A DNA stretch of 64,000 bases from a virus, in IMG/VR virus record IMGVR_UViG_3300008952_000005, positions 32,001-96,000 of that record; one strand, written 5' to 3'. The position numbers and the translations under genes were made by a program. The notes beneath the pieces were generated by a model. That model searched no databases and had not been told where the DNA came from. It saw only the letters and a list, made by a program, of their open reading frames with translations. Each line of letters begins with the position of its first letter. Within the stretch, counting starts at the first letter, position 1. This document shows, in pieces, positions 55,775 through 64,000 of this stretch.

Positions 55775-56299
55775 CTATTTTTGTTCTTCTTTTTGGTACA
55801 ATTCGTTCCATCTAAACGCTTCTTTTACTACAGAGTCGCTTAACCCTTTATATGCTCTATGTAATTCTTTATTCTTTACACTAAGCAATAATCTCGCTTC
55901 GTCCATATGTAATCCTTCTAACATTTGGATAAACAAAGTTTCTTTTTGAGTTCTTGTAGTTTTATTGTCTGCACCTCTAATAAAATGCCACAAACGTTTT
56001 GCTTCAGTTTTAAGTGTAGTATGTTCAGTACCTTTCGGTGCTGGATTTTCCATATAAGGAGGTGTACCGTCTGGTAACTCCCACTCAATACTAGGATCAA
56101 ATGATCCTTTTAAAAGCATCCTTAAAGATGGATGGTCATATTGTTTTAAGACCGCCAACTTTTTAGCTTTATCTTTTGCGTTATTTACTCTAGTTAAGAC
56201 TTCTGAAAATAGCAAGTCATCTGAACCAGCCGTAGCTGCCATTGCTTGCATTGAAGACTTACTTATTAATGATGGATGTTGTTTTGCTTCTTCTGCCAT
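55775..56299 (-). CDS. Conserved T4-like hypothetical protein
   Basis: L.SEVL..V..AK...KK..VL..YD.P.LR, W.LP.G.PPY, F.Q.LEGLH..EA.LL...K.K; late promoter at 56334-56341. Confidence 0.75.
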   Translation of the reverse strand: MAEEAKQHPSLISKSSMQAMAATAGSDDLLFSEVLTRVNNAKDKAKKLAVLKQYDHPSLRMLLKGSFDPSIEWELPDGTPPYMENPAPKGTEHTTLKTEAKRLWHFIRGADNKTTRTQKETLFIQMLEGLHMDEARLLLSVKNKELHRAYKGLSDSVVKEAFRWNELYQKEEQK

Positions 56300-56332
56300 T
56301 TTATACTCCAATTTCTAATATTAATCATATAT

Positions 56333-57217
56333 CTATTTATATAACTTATCTACTTGTTCCGCTGTCAATCTTCTCCCTATACTCCAAAATAGCGTCTTTT
56401 CTTTTGTAGTATCTATATTCTCTCTCATCCATTTATGTGCTTTACCTTCATATATATCGTCAATAAAGCCATTACCAACATCTTCCCATATGGGTTTTGA
56501 ATATGGATATGGTGTTTTGTACATTTCATAATCTTGAAACTTCTTAAAACCTGATTCAAGATTACTAAATTGATTTAAATACTCATTAATCTTTTTACTA
56601 CGGTCAACAAAGGTGACCCCTATAATTCTTTTTACCTTTTTCTTAAACTTCTCTATACCTTTTACTATACCTGCAAACTGTATACCACTACCAACTGAAA
56701 TTACTATATTATCTAACTTGTCAGGTATGTTTTTAACTTGATTAGCAACACTATCAAATATTGATTCAGGATTCGTAGCAGCACTATTACCAAACTTGAT
56801 TAACATATAACCTTTTTTAGATATTACTTTCTTTTTTAATCCACTATCTATTGCAACTGTATATCCGTGACCTGCAACGTTTTCAATATCAGCACCATAA
56901 TGTCTTGATAATCTTATCATATGGTGGGTGTCTATTGTTTTAGGTGTTGTACCACCTACACCTATGACGCATTTAAAACCAAAGTCTTTAGCAACTGCCG
57001 CTATGATAGGTGCTTGTGGACTATTAACAGATGAACCTGTAACTACTCCACCATTATATTTGTTTTTAATTTCATCTTTTAATTCTCTAAACAAACAAAT
57101 TGCCTGTCTTGTTTTTCCTCCATTAACATTATCTCTACCATAGGGAGCATAATAATCATCCCTTTTGTAATAAATGTTATTGTGAATTTCTACTGGAGTT
57201 AAATCAGTTGTTTTCAT
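56333..57217 (-). CDS. PLP-dependent enzyme, fold II (ACC deaminase/D-cysteine desulfhydrase-like)
   Basis: YKRDD....NGGKTR, S..SPQ, VISVGSG...AGI..G, D.IYEGK. Confidence 0.75.
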   Translation of the reverse strand: MKTTDLTPVEIHNNIYYKRDDYYAPYGRDNVNGGKTRQAICLFRELKDEIKNKYNGGVVTGSSVNSPQAPIIAAVAKDFGFKCVIGVGGTTPKTIDTHHMIRLSRHYGADIENVAGHGYTVAIDSGLKKKVISKKGYMLIKFGNSAATNPESIFDSVANQVKNIPDKLDNIVISVGSGIQFAGIVKGIEKFKKKVKRIIGVTFVDRSKKINEYLNQFSNLESGFKKFQDYEMYKTPYPYSKPIWEDVGNGFIDDIYEGKAHKWMRENIDTTKEKTLFWSIGRRLTAEQVDKLYK

Positions 57218-57513
57218 AGAGTTAATTTTAATGGTATCATACAGTTCTCACACTCTTCTGCTAAATGATAGTTTAATATACCCATTAAAAAAACTGCTAT
57301 TGCAACTGCATTTAAAAATATCAATGCTCTATCGTGCCACAACATACCAACAACAAACCAACCTGATACACCAACTAAATGTATGTACATATTTAAAGGA
57401 TAAACATCCATTGATGTTAATGCCATTGCCGATAGTATTATAAAGGAGCTAATCCATTTTATATACCAAGATAAATCGTGTAGAGGTGTTATTTTATTAA
57501 TTTCAAATTTCAT
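57214..57513 (-). CDS. Small multi-TM membrane protein
   Basis: SWYIKW.SS, YPLN......G..GW..VG..WHDRALI.LN. Confidence 0.7.
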   Translation of the reverse strand: MKFEINKITPLHDLSWYIKWISSFIILSAMALTSMDVYPLNMYIHLVGVSGWFVVGMLWHDRALIFLNAVAIAVFLMGILNYHLAEECENCMIPLKLTL

Positions 57514-57528
57514 AATTCCTTTTATTAA

Positions 57529-57567
57529 GACACAGGCGAATTTTATACATATATGGTCGCCTGTGTC
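57529..57567. terminator. 11-bp inverted repeat, probable terminator
   Basis: GACACAGGCGA...TCGCCTGTGTC in the intergenic gap. Confidence 0.65.
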
Positions 57568-57597
57568 AATCGTATTGGTTACGATTCAATTACGCAA

Positions 57598-57894
57598 TTA
57601 ATTATATGCGTATTCAGTACCGTACAGTTTAGTTATCCCAGCAGCTATAATAGCTTTTGTAGGAGTACCCAATCTATAAGATGTACCTGAAGATGATTTA
57701 TTAATATAAATCATATGACCTTTTGAACGTAGTTTATCAACCATCGCTCTTGGTGATTGTAGGTCAAATCTGTTTCTTAAAACTTTCCAAGAAACTGGCT
57801 CACCTTTCTCAAATAAGTTTACAACTTTTTGAGTTTTAGACAGTCTTTTTCTGCCTTTAGTTGCTGTTGCAACTTTACTTTTTGAAAAAAACAT
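57598..57894 (-). CDS. Small basic winged-helix-like DNA-binding protein
   Basis: LSKTQKV.NL..KG..VSWK.LR..FDL.SP..MV.KLR..G..IY.N......YR.G. Confidence 0.6.
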   Translation of the reverse strand: MFFSKSKVATATKGRKRLSKTQKVVNLFEKGEPVSWKVLRNRFDLQSPRAMVDKLRSKGHMIYINKSSSGTSYRLGTPTKAIIAAGITKLYGTEYAYN

Positions 57895-57939
57895 AATGTT
57901 TCTTCCTCCTTTGTTTTGCTTTTTAAAGTCTGCATAGGA

Positions 57940-58098
57940 CTATTCCTCAACGGAATTCTTTAATTTCTCACACTTACTACTATCACCTAAACAATCAAAA
58001 AATTTACCCATTGCGTCTAGTTTAGGTGTATCTTTTAACCCTTTAGCACAACCCATAAAAGTAAGCATTATTAATATCATTAAACTATTTCTTATCAT
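57940..58098 (-). CDS. Small lipoprotein (52 aa, not in ORF track)
   Basis: MIRNSLMILIMLTFMGCAK...; hydrophobic leader then Cys. Confidence 0.5.
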   Translation of the reverse strand: MIRNSLMILIMLTFMGCAKGLKDTPKLDAMGKFFDCLGDSSKCEKLKNSVEE

Positions 58099-58600
58099 CA
58101 TCACCGTTCAAATCCATATCAGACTCAAACATATCTGATCCATCTTGTAAATCATTTAACTCTTCTTTAAATTCTTTATTAAAAATATTTCTTTGTTTAT
58201 TTGGTTTTGCTTTCATAAAATCTGAATAATCTATCCTGGCAGCGGATGCTCTACCCATTTTATTAAATTTTATCATTACCATTTTATTTGACATTAATTG
58301 AGCAGCGTGTGCCATATCAAAATCTCTATAAATTAAACCTCTTATACAATCAATAACTAACGCAAGGTCTTTAGTAAATGTTTGTTTTGAAGTCTTTAAT
58401 CCCATATCATTAAATTTTCTTAATAAATCAAATCCAATTTCATCTACACTATGTTCAATAAAATCTCTAGTTTGTTGCTCTTTTAATCGTTTTGTAAATG
58501 GGGATTCTTGTGGTTTTGTAATTCTTTTTTTAATTCTGTTTTCAGGAAATAAAATTAATTTGCCTTTTTTATCTTTATCTTTAGTCACGGATAATCTCAC
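58085..58600 (-). CDS. Hypothetical protein
   Basis: GK.I.FP motif; possible GTG start at 58588. Confidence 0.65.
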   Translation of the reverse strand: MRLSVTKDKDKKGKLILFPENRIKKRITKPQESPFTKRLKEQQTRDFIEHSVDEIGFDLLRKFNDMGLKTSKQTFTKDLALVIDCIRGLIYRDFDMAHAAQLMSNKMVMIKFNKMGRASAARIDYSDFMKAKPNKQRNIFNKEFKEELNDLQDGSDMFESDMDLNGDDDKK

Positions 58601-58874
58601 CTTTAAAATTCACTACACCTTTATTATTAAAATATTCTATAAGTTGATTATATCCACCGACTAGTTCTCCATCAATCTTGATTTGAGGCATTGCTCTTAC
58701 CTTCTTACCAATGTCCTTAATCATTTCGTCAACTGACTTAAATTCTTCTAATTTCTTTTCTGTAAAGATTAGACCAAGTCCCTTTAGAAGGGACTTTGCC
58801 TTCACACAGTATACACAATTTTGTTTTGAATATACTGTGATATCTTTAATTGCTAACTTCTTTATCATTGTCAT
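58581..58874 (-). CDS. Glutaredoxin
   Basis: VYSK.NCVYC.KAK.LL, MPQI.IDGEL.GGY..L. Confidence 0.92.
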   Translation of the reverse strand: MTMIKKLAIKDITVYSKQNCVYCVKAKSLLKGLGLIFTEKKLEEFKSVDEMIKDIGKKVRAMPQIKIDGELVGGYNQLIEYFNNKGVVNFKGEIIRD

Positions 58875-59469
58875 CCTCTTTTTTCATAAGATTTTCAAAT
58901 GACTTGTTAGCGTGATACTTTAAGTTATAAGCGTCTGTAGCTTGTTCAATTGTATAGTTGAACATTTTATTATATTCACCTAATGGCAATCTCAAACCTA
59001 TCCAAGCTCTATAGTAACCGTTCTTTGTTAAGGTTACGTCTTGAGCAAAGATTTCATATCCTCTAACTGGTGTATCTTTAATAATATTGACCAATACAGA
59101 TTCTACTTCACTAACAACTGTCTTACTGTTTGATTTACCAATTTCAGTAATAAATTGTTTTGACTCTTTATTCATCTCCCCTTTGATAATGTCTGCTATT
59201 TCAGCTTTCGCTATCATTTTAGCTTTCTCAATTGCGAGATTTAAGTCTGGTGAAACGCTAGTACCAACTCCAAATATACATTGCTTTTCCTTCTCTTTAC
59301 CGAATCTTGCTATATCACAAGCTTCCTTTTCAGAAAAATCAGCCATATACCATTTTGGAACAGTATTAACTACTTTACCTTTTTCACTTTTGATTTTATA
59401 ATTAGCAGCACAATTAGTCAATAATAGACCTAGTACTGTAACTGATAAAATCTTAATGTATTTGTTCAT
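58846..59469 (-). CDS. Lipoprotein (LPP20-like)
   Basis: Lipobox LLLTNC, P.WY, G.G...S.D...AI.KA...AKAEIA. Confidence 0.7.
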   Translation of the reverse strand: MNKYIKILSVTVLGLLLTNCAANYKIKSEKGKVVNTVPKWYMADFSEKEACDIARFGKEKEKQCIFGVGTSVSPDLNLAIEKAKMIAKAEIADIIKGEMNKESKQFITEIGKSNSKTVVSEVESVLVNIIKDTPVRGYEIFAQDVTLTKNGYYRAWIGLRLPLGEYNKMFNYTIEQATDAYNLKYHANKSFENLMKKEDDNDKEVSN

Positions 59470-59612
59470 TAGTTTTTCACACTCCTTTGTACATTATATA
59501 ACAGTTCTTGCAATAAGTCAATGCTAGATTGAGCATAACCCAAAAATTCTGTAGCACTTACTCCATATACAATAACTAATAGGAGAGCAATTATGATTAT
59601 ATTTTTAATCAT
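59469..59612 (-). CDS. Small membrane protein (47 aa, not in ORF track)
   Basis: MIKNIIIIALLLVIVYG...; TAATG coupling on both sides. Confidence 0.6.
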   Translation of the reverse strand: MIKNIIIIALLLVIVYGVSATEFLGYAQSSIDLLQELLYNVQRSVKN

Positions 59613-60112
59613 TATTTTACCTTCCATTCTCCGTACTCATCTAAACACACTTTTCCGTACGATTTAAAAGCGTGATTCTTACGACTATAATATCTGCAAT
59701 ACTCTGGTGTAGCAGTATTACGGTAGTAAAACTGGGCAAAAAGTTCCCAATAAGAAGGTGTATCTATACCACTACTTCCATCGGAACAATATAATTTCTC
59801 TTCTTTGGATATATTTCCATTTGACTCTTGTTTAATAATAACTTTTATATAACAAAATTGTTCAGTATCATTTTTAGTTACTGGTTTAACATTATCATAT
59901 AATATCTTTTGAGAACCATCTACAACTTTTGTACTACGTTGTATAGTTCCATCTGGATTATGCCACTCTATTTCCATTACTTCAGCAGTTTTTTCAAATT
60001 CTTTTTTATTTAAATCACAATCAACACACGCTTGAGCACCACTTACTGCATAAGCACACATTAATAATATTATTAATATTGTTGTTGCTAAAATTTTATC
60101 TATATTCCACAT
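59612..60112 (-). CDS. Exported Cys-containing protein
   Basis: Signal peptide, several Cys pairs, C-terminal GKVCLDEYGEW; likely start 60112. Confidence 0.65.
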   Translation of the reverse strand: MWNIDKILATTILIILLMCAYAVSGAQACVDCDLNKKEFEKTAEVMEIEWHNPDGTIQRSTKVVDGSQKILYDNVKPVTKNDTEQFCYIKVIIKQESNGNISKEEKLYCSDGSSGIDTPSYWELFAQFYYRNTATPEYCRYYSRKNHAFKSYGKVCLDEYGEWKVK

Positions 60113-60606
60113 TAATTTTGTACCAATCCTTCTGGTTTTTCTATCCATCTGCCATCTGGCAACTGACAAGCAGTTCCAAAAATAACTTCTCTATTAACTC
60201 TACCAATTCCAATCATTGGCCAACCTGATGTTATATCTACTGTATGGTCATAATTTTTACATATTATTGGTCCAATCATATATGACCTTGTTATGTGTAT
60301 AATTCCTCCATTGCCTGATTGTGAATTATACCAATTTGTATAAGATGAACCGTGTCCACTTGTATTTAAATGGTCTACAAAAACAGCATTATGTACATCT
60401 TTATCACTTTTATATAAAATTTCTGCACCAGCAAAAGCAGAACCAACAGCACACGTTGCTATCAAATAAGGATTATCTCCTATATACTGTAAGCATATTG
60501 TTGTTCCTGTTGTTGCACCTAACACGGCACCTGTATGTGACCTGTTAGCACAATTTGTTAGTAATATACTAACTAGTAAAATCCATATTATTCTTGCGTA
60601 TCTCAT
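60112..60606 (-). CDS. Glycine-zipper lipoprotein (17-kDa surface antigen-like)
   Basis: Lipobox ILLTNC, GAVLGA..G, W.N..SGN.G, C..Y...V, GTAC..PDG.W. Confidence 0.75.
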   Translation of the reverse strand: MRYARIIWILLVSILLTNCANRSHTGAVLGATTGTTICLQYIGDNPYLIATCAVGSAFAGAEILYKSDKDVHNAVFVDHLNTSGHGSSYTNWYNSQSGNGGIIHITRSYMIGPIICKNYDHTVDITSGWPMIGIGRVNREVIFGTACQLPDGRWIEKPEGLVQN

Positions 60607-60778
60607 CACATATTTTCTGACTATTAACACTCTTTACAATGTAATAATCTTCGTTATTATCAATTACATAATTATTAAAACCTTTTTGCTGCCAGAACGT
60701 TTGAGCTCTAGCAGTAATAGGTCTGAAATAATGTGTACCATCATTGGCACTTGTACAAACAAAATCTCCTGTACTCAT
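60569..60778 (-). CDS. Small hypothetical protein
   Basis: 69-aa ORF in the early cluster. Confidence 0.6.
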   Translation of the reverse strand: MSTGDFVCTSANDGTHYFRPITARAQTFWQQKGFNNYVIDNNEDYYIVKSVNSQKICDEIRKNNMDFTS

Positions 60779-60993
60779 TAATTACTCCAGTTAAACATTT
60801 TTTTAAATTTCGCAATAGTACTAGCAATTTGGTCTTTACCTTCTTGCCATTTAACTTTTTGGAAATCTACCGTAGATTGCTTCTCATTAGCAAACCACGT
60901 ATTTACTGCATTAATTTTATCTTCAACCATTGTACCTGCGTTAGCAGAAGTTGACAGCATAATTAATACTAGTATTGACATCAAAGTTTTCAT
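60778..60993 (-). CDS. Small exported protein
   Basis: Signal peptide ending ANA; GGAG SD. Confidence 0.65.
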   Translation of the reverse strand: MKTLMSILVLIMLSTSANAGTMVEDKINAVNTWFANEKQSTVDFQKVKWQEGKDQIASTIAKFKKMFNWSN

Positions 60994-61006
60994 AATATTC
61001 TCCTTA

Positions 61007-61315
61007 TTAATGTATACTCGCTTTTTTAAACGGTTCTATCTTATCTTTTGATTGATAAACCGTGTCCATTATTCCGTCATAATCTGCACTAGGCATTACT
61101 GACTTCATAATTTTTAATGTTTGACCCAAAATTGTCATATGTACCATAATAGGATCATTAACTTTTTCAGTTTCTAATCTCACCCATTCGTGAAAATCAT
61201 CACAAACAGTTTGTTGTGGGTCAAAAATTTCTTTAATTGTTGGTTTTGGCATATTATCTTTTATAGTTTCTATTCTTTCTTCTACTTCTATAATATGAAT
61301 CTTCTCCTCCGTCAT
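61007..61315 (-). CDS. Hypothetical protein
   Basis: Likely start 61315. Confidence 0.55.
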   Translation of the reverse strand: MTEEKIHIIEVEERIETIKDNMPKPTIKEIFDPQQTVCDDFHEWVRLETEKVNDPIMVHMTILGQTLKIMKSVMPSADYDGIMDTVYQSKDKIEPFKKASIH

Positions 61316-61631
61316 CTTCTCCTTCGGATTCAGAAGTTTCAAAAGCCATTTGTTCAGCATAAGTTCTGCCGAATACTCTTTTATAGAAATGGTCTCTTGG
61401 ATTTTCAGAAGAATAAGCAGTTATTAAACTGTCCCACTTAATATTTACATCATATAGTCCTGGGTCTTTCTCGTTCAGTTCTTTATGGTCTTTACAAAAC
61501 TGCAATCTATTTGTATGGATATCGTTCTCTTTTTCTTCGTCTGTTTTCTTGTCTGATAGTTCAATGTCTTTTTGTTTTGCAACATTAAACTCTTTGTAGA
61601 TGTTCTCTTTATTATATATTACACTACTCAT
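61254..61631 (-). CDS. Hypothetical protein
   Basis: AAAGGA SD before ATG 61631. Confidence 0.6.
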   Translation of the reverse strand: MSSVIYNKENIYKEFNVAKQKDIELSDKKTDEEKENDIHTNRLQFCKDHKELNEKDPGLYDVNIKWDSLITAYSSENPRDHFYKRVFGRTYAEQMAFETSESEGEDDGGEDSYYRSRRKNRNYKR

Positions 61632-61659
61632 AATGTATGTTCCTTTCTCAATTGTCTTA

Positions 61660-61688
61660 ATATTAACATAAATCGTTGCTAATGTCAA
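61660..61688 (-). promoter_or_regulatory. Sigma70-type promoter
   Basis: TTGACA-17 bp-TAATAT with TGn. Confidence 0.7.
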
Positions 61689-61792
61689 TCCTTAAATTAT
61701 GCTCTATTTTACTCGTTTTCCTGCATTTCCGAACCCCTAGCAAGGGCGCTGGTGAGCTTTTCCAACTACTTTGATAGTCTGCTATAGCGGGA

Positions 61793-61963
61793 TTATTCAT
61801 TTTTTTCATCATTTATCTTATCTATTTTATTCATTAGTCTTTTAGTTCTACCCAATAATCTATCAATTAACGTACTCATTTCATTTGATAAAATTATCAT
61901 ATAAACTAAACCTGCCATTGAAAAAATAAACAGGATTAACAATATCATTCCGTTTCCGTCCAT
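61793..61963 (-). CDS. Small TM/coiled-coil protein (56 aa, not in ORF track)
   Basis: MDGNGMILLILFIFSMAGLVYMIILSNE... Confidence 0.55.
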   Translation of the reverse strand: MDGNGMILLILFIFSMAGLVYMIILSNEMSTLIDRLLGRTKRLMNKIDKINDEKNE

Positions 61964-61964
61964 A

Positions 61965-62375
61965 TTATTTTCCTTTACTCATTTCATTTTCTAGTTCTAA
62001 CATAGTGTCTATATCAGACTCTTCTTTAGTTCCATAAAGTTCTTTTTCTTCAACTTCTTTTAGTTGATTTAAGCTATCTTTAGCGGTATCTAAATCATTA
62101 TCATCAATATTATCAATTATTGAATTAATAGTATCAACTTTATTTGTCATACCATTAATGTATAGTTCGTTTTCATTTAATAATGTCATATATTTTTTAC
62201 CTCCTATTCTTTTTGTCAAATCATATTTTAATATATGCTGTCTTACTTTCTCTCTTCTTTCTGTATCACTTAAATACTCAACTGGTTTCCAATCTTTACC
62301 GTAAATGGTTATATTCATATCATCTACATCATAATAGAATATCAGTTTATCGTATATAATTTTATTACTTACCAT
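61965..62375 (-). CDS. Hypothetical protein
   Basis: Likely start 62375. Confidence 0.6.
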   Translation of the reverse strand: MVSNKIIYDKLIFYYDVDDMNITIYGKDWKPVEYLSDTERREKVRQHILKYDLTKRIGGKKYMTLLNENELYINGMTNKVDTINSIIDNIDDNDLDTAKDSLNQLKEVEEKELYGTKEESDIDTMLELENEMSKGK

Positions 62376-62476
62376 ATATTTGCTGTTAAAATTAAAATAA
62401 TCATTGTTGGCACAACTATTGTCATTGGCCAAAAATCTAATAATTCTAATATAAGTTTTTTTGTTTTCTTTTTCAT
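62369..62476 (-). CDS. Small membrane protein (35 aa, not in ORF track)
   Basis: MKKKTKKLILELLDFWPMTIVVPTMIILILTANIW*; overlaps both neighbours. Confidence 0.5.
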   Translation of the reverse strand: MKKKTKKLILELLDFWPMTIVVPTMIILILTANIW

Positions 62477-62799
62477 TTTGTAACTGATAATTCTTTTATT
62501 GTTTGTTGTATTTCTTCCATATTAGGTTCCATTAAAGTGGATCCGTTTTCTTCACTATTGATTAATAAAACAATATAGTGTATTGCTTTATATAAATCTA
62601 ATTTGTTTCTACCGTTTTTTTTACCGTATCTCATAAGGTATTTTATTGCATTTGATAAACTGAAATCTTTGTCTATATCTAAATGTCTTAATATGTCTTG
62701 TACTTGGAAACCTTCTTTAGTAGTTGAATAATGTTTAGAATAAGTTGTCTTAATATATTCTAATACTTCATTTAATATTTTATCTTCTTTATATTTCAT
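62473..62799 (-). CDS. DUF3310-family protein
   Basis: Y..HY, Q..D.......F...NAIKY..RYGKK.G....DL.KAIHY. Confidence 0.8.
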   Translation of the reverse strand: MKYKEDKILNEVLEYIKTTYSKHYSTTKEGFQVQDILRHLDIDKDFSLSNAIKYLMRYGKKNGRNKLDLYKAIHYIVLLINSEENGSTLMEPNMEEIQQTIKELSVTK

Positions 62800-62963
62800 T
62801 AGTCCGTATCTCCGTTATTTAAATCTCTTAATGATTTTTGAACACTTGTTAATTCTTCTTTTGGTTTATTAGATTTACTTCCGTAATATAAAGCAACAGC
62901 AAATCCAATTACTGTTAAAATAATTCCGATAAACATAAGTCCAAATCCGTGTGCTAAATCCAT
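62799..62963 (-). CDS. Small membrane protein (54 aa, not in ORF track)
   Basis: MDLAHGFGLMFIGIILTVIGFAVALYYG...; TAATG coupling. Confidence 0.6.
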   Translation of the reverse strand: MDLAHGFGLMFIGIILTVIGFAVALYYGSKSNKPKEELTSVQKSLRDLNNGDTD

Positions 62964-63412
62964 TATTTACTCTCTACTAGTTTATAACTGTTATTAGGGT
63001 TTAATGCTTCGTGTAAATCATCAAGTGGTGATTCTTCTTTATCAACAACTTTACCGTCTGCTGTGACTATATCATTTTCTAAAGCGTATGTGTCTAACTC
63101 AACATCACCGTTTTCTATAGCATTTTCTAAACCGTCATAGTCATCATAAACAACTTTTGCAACATATTCAGTTTTATCTGAATCTGTATAGTTGGCGTCT
63201 GTCATATAGGTTTCAACACCGTTTTTTTCTTCTGCTATATCTTTAGTAATTTTACTATAATCAATTCCGCAATCACTTAATTTAGTGTCTGCTTCTTCTT
63301 GATTTTTAGCAAGACAATCTTGTTCTATGCATAAAGTATAATAAGTTTTCTTTCTGTATAGGTTTTTACCGATATCGTCTTTTCCGATATATTGGTCTGT
63401 TATATTACTCAT
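62963..63412 (-). CDS. Acidic hypothetical protein
   Basis: 149-aa ORF in the early cluster. Confidence 0.65.
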   Translation of the reverse strand: MSNITDQYIGKDDIGKNLYRKKTYYTLCIEQDCLAKNQEEADTKLSDCGIDYSKITKDIAEEKNGVETYMTDANYTDSDKTEYVAKVVYDDYDGLENAIENGDVELDTYALENDIVTADGKVVDKEESPLDDLHEALNPNNSYKLVESK

Positions 63413-63648
63413 ATTGTACCGTCCTCTCTCATTTTTTGTACTTCGTTTTGTCTTTCAGCAATAACAAGGTCAATCCACTCTTCTGCGTCATCTGAAGAAT
63501 CAATTCCTTCCATTGCAATGTTATAATTTGTTTCAGTAAGTTTTTTTAAAGCAACGTCTTTAGTCATTTCACCTTCTAATAACTTGCTTTCAATCTTACT
63601 TAAAAATTCAGTTGCTTGGTCCCAAGCGAGATTTTTAGTTGCACTCAT
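63409..63648 (-). CDS. Hypothetical protein
   Basis: 79-aa ORF, ATGA overlap. Confidence 0.65.
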   Translation of the reverse strand: MSATKNLAWDQATEFLSKIESKLLEGEMTKDVALKKLTETNYNIAMEGIDSSDDAEEWIDLVIAERQNEVQKMREDGTI

Positions 63649-63923
63649 TAGTTTAGTCCTTTCATTTGTTCTACTTTTCTTTTATTAGGGTTTAATTTAT
63701 ATGTTAATTCTTTATTAAAATCTTTTCTGAAAGATTGTCTGTCATAAGATTGACCGTAATCATTAAACATATTCATATCATCTTTAGCAGTATCACCGAA
63801 TACTTGTTCGTATGTTTTATAATATTCATCTTGGTCTATCAATTCAACTTTAGTTACGTTTTGAAAGTTAACAGCAGGTTCTTTATAATTCCAATCACAA
63901 AATTTAAGAATTTTCATCTTCAT
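63648..63923 (-). CDS. Hypothetical protein
   Basis: 91-aa ORF, TAATG coupling. Confidence 0.6.
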   Translation of the reverse strand: MKMKILKFCDWNYKEPAVNFQNVTKVELIDQDEYYKTYEQVFGDTAKDDMNMFNDYGQSYDRQSFRKDFNKELTYKLNPNKRKVEQMKGLN

Positions 63924-64000
63924 AGATTTTGTATTGAATTTGTCTTTGAATTTATATGGAACGTTTCTATAGATAGTTTCATATGCATAAAAGAATTCTT

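Overview
AT-rich 64 kb segment of a T4-like (myovirus) phage genome. The host is most plausibly a marine alphaproteobacterium such as SAR11/Pelagibacterales; this is inferred from a permuted tmRNA, an AapJ-type binding protein, bL12 and the base composition. Layout: (i) 1-5980, a radical-SAM/glycosyltransferase/epimerase island; (ii) 5996-23753, tail-fibre and baseplate genes (VrlC-like, gp8, gp9-like, gp7, gp6, gp25, PAAR); (iii) 23758-30284, an accessory island with ribosomal protein bL12 and a hemF-hemB-hemC tetrapyrrole cluster; (iv) gp5, a non-coding repeat/structured region, gp27-like, gp53, gp48, gp4, IscA, a probable tape measure, AapJ, gp51/gp26 (with a candidate -1 frameshift), gp54, gp2 and gp32; (v) 2OG-Fe(II) oxygenases, gp59, thyX, gp33, a two-piece (circularly permuted) tmRNA, an exonuclease and peptidoglycan hydrolases; (vi) many small early genes and lipoproteins. 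T4-type late promoters (TATAAATA) and sigma70-type promoters are readily visible. All assignments come from motif recognition and synteny by eye; no database searches were run.
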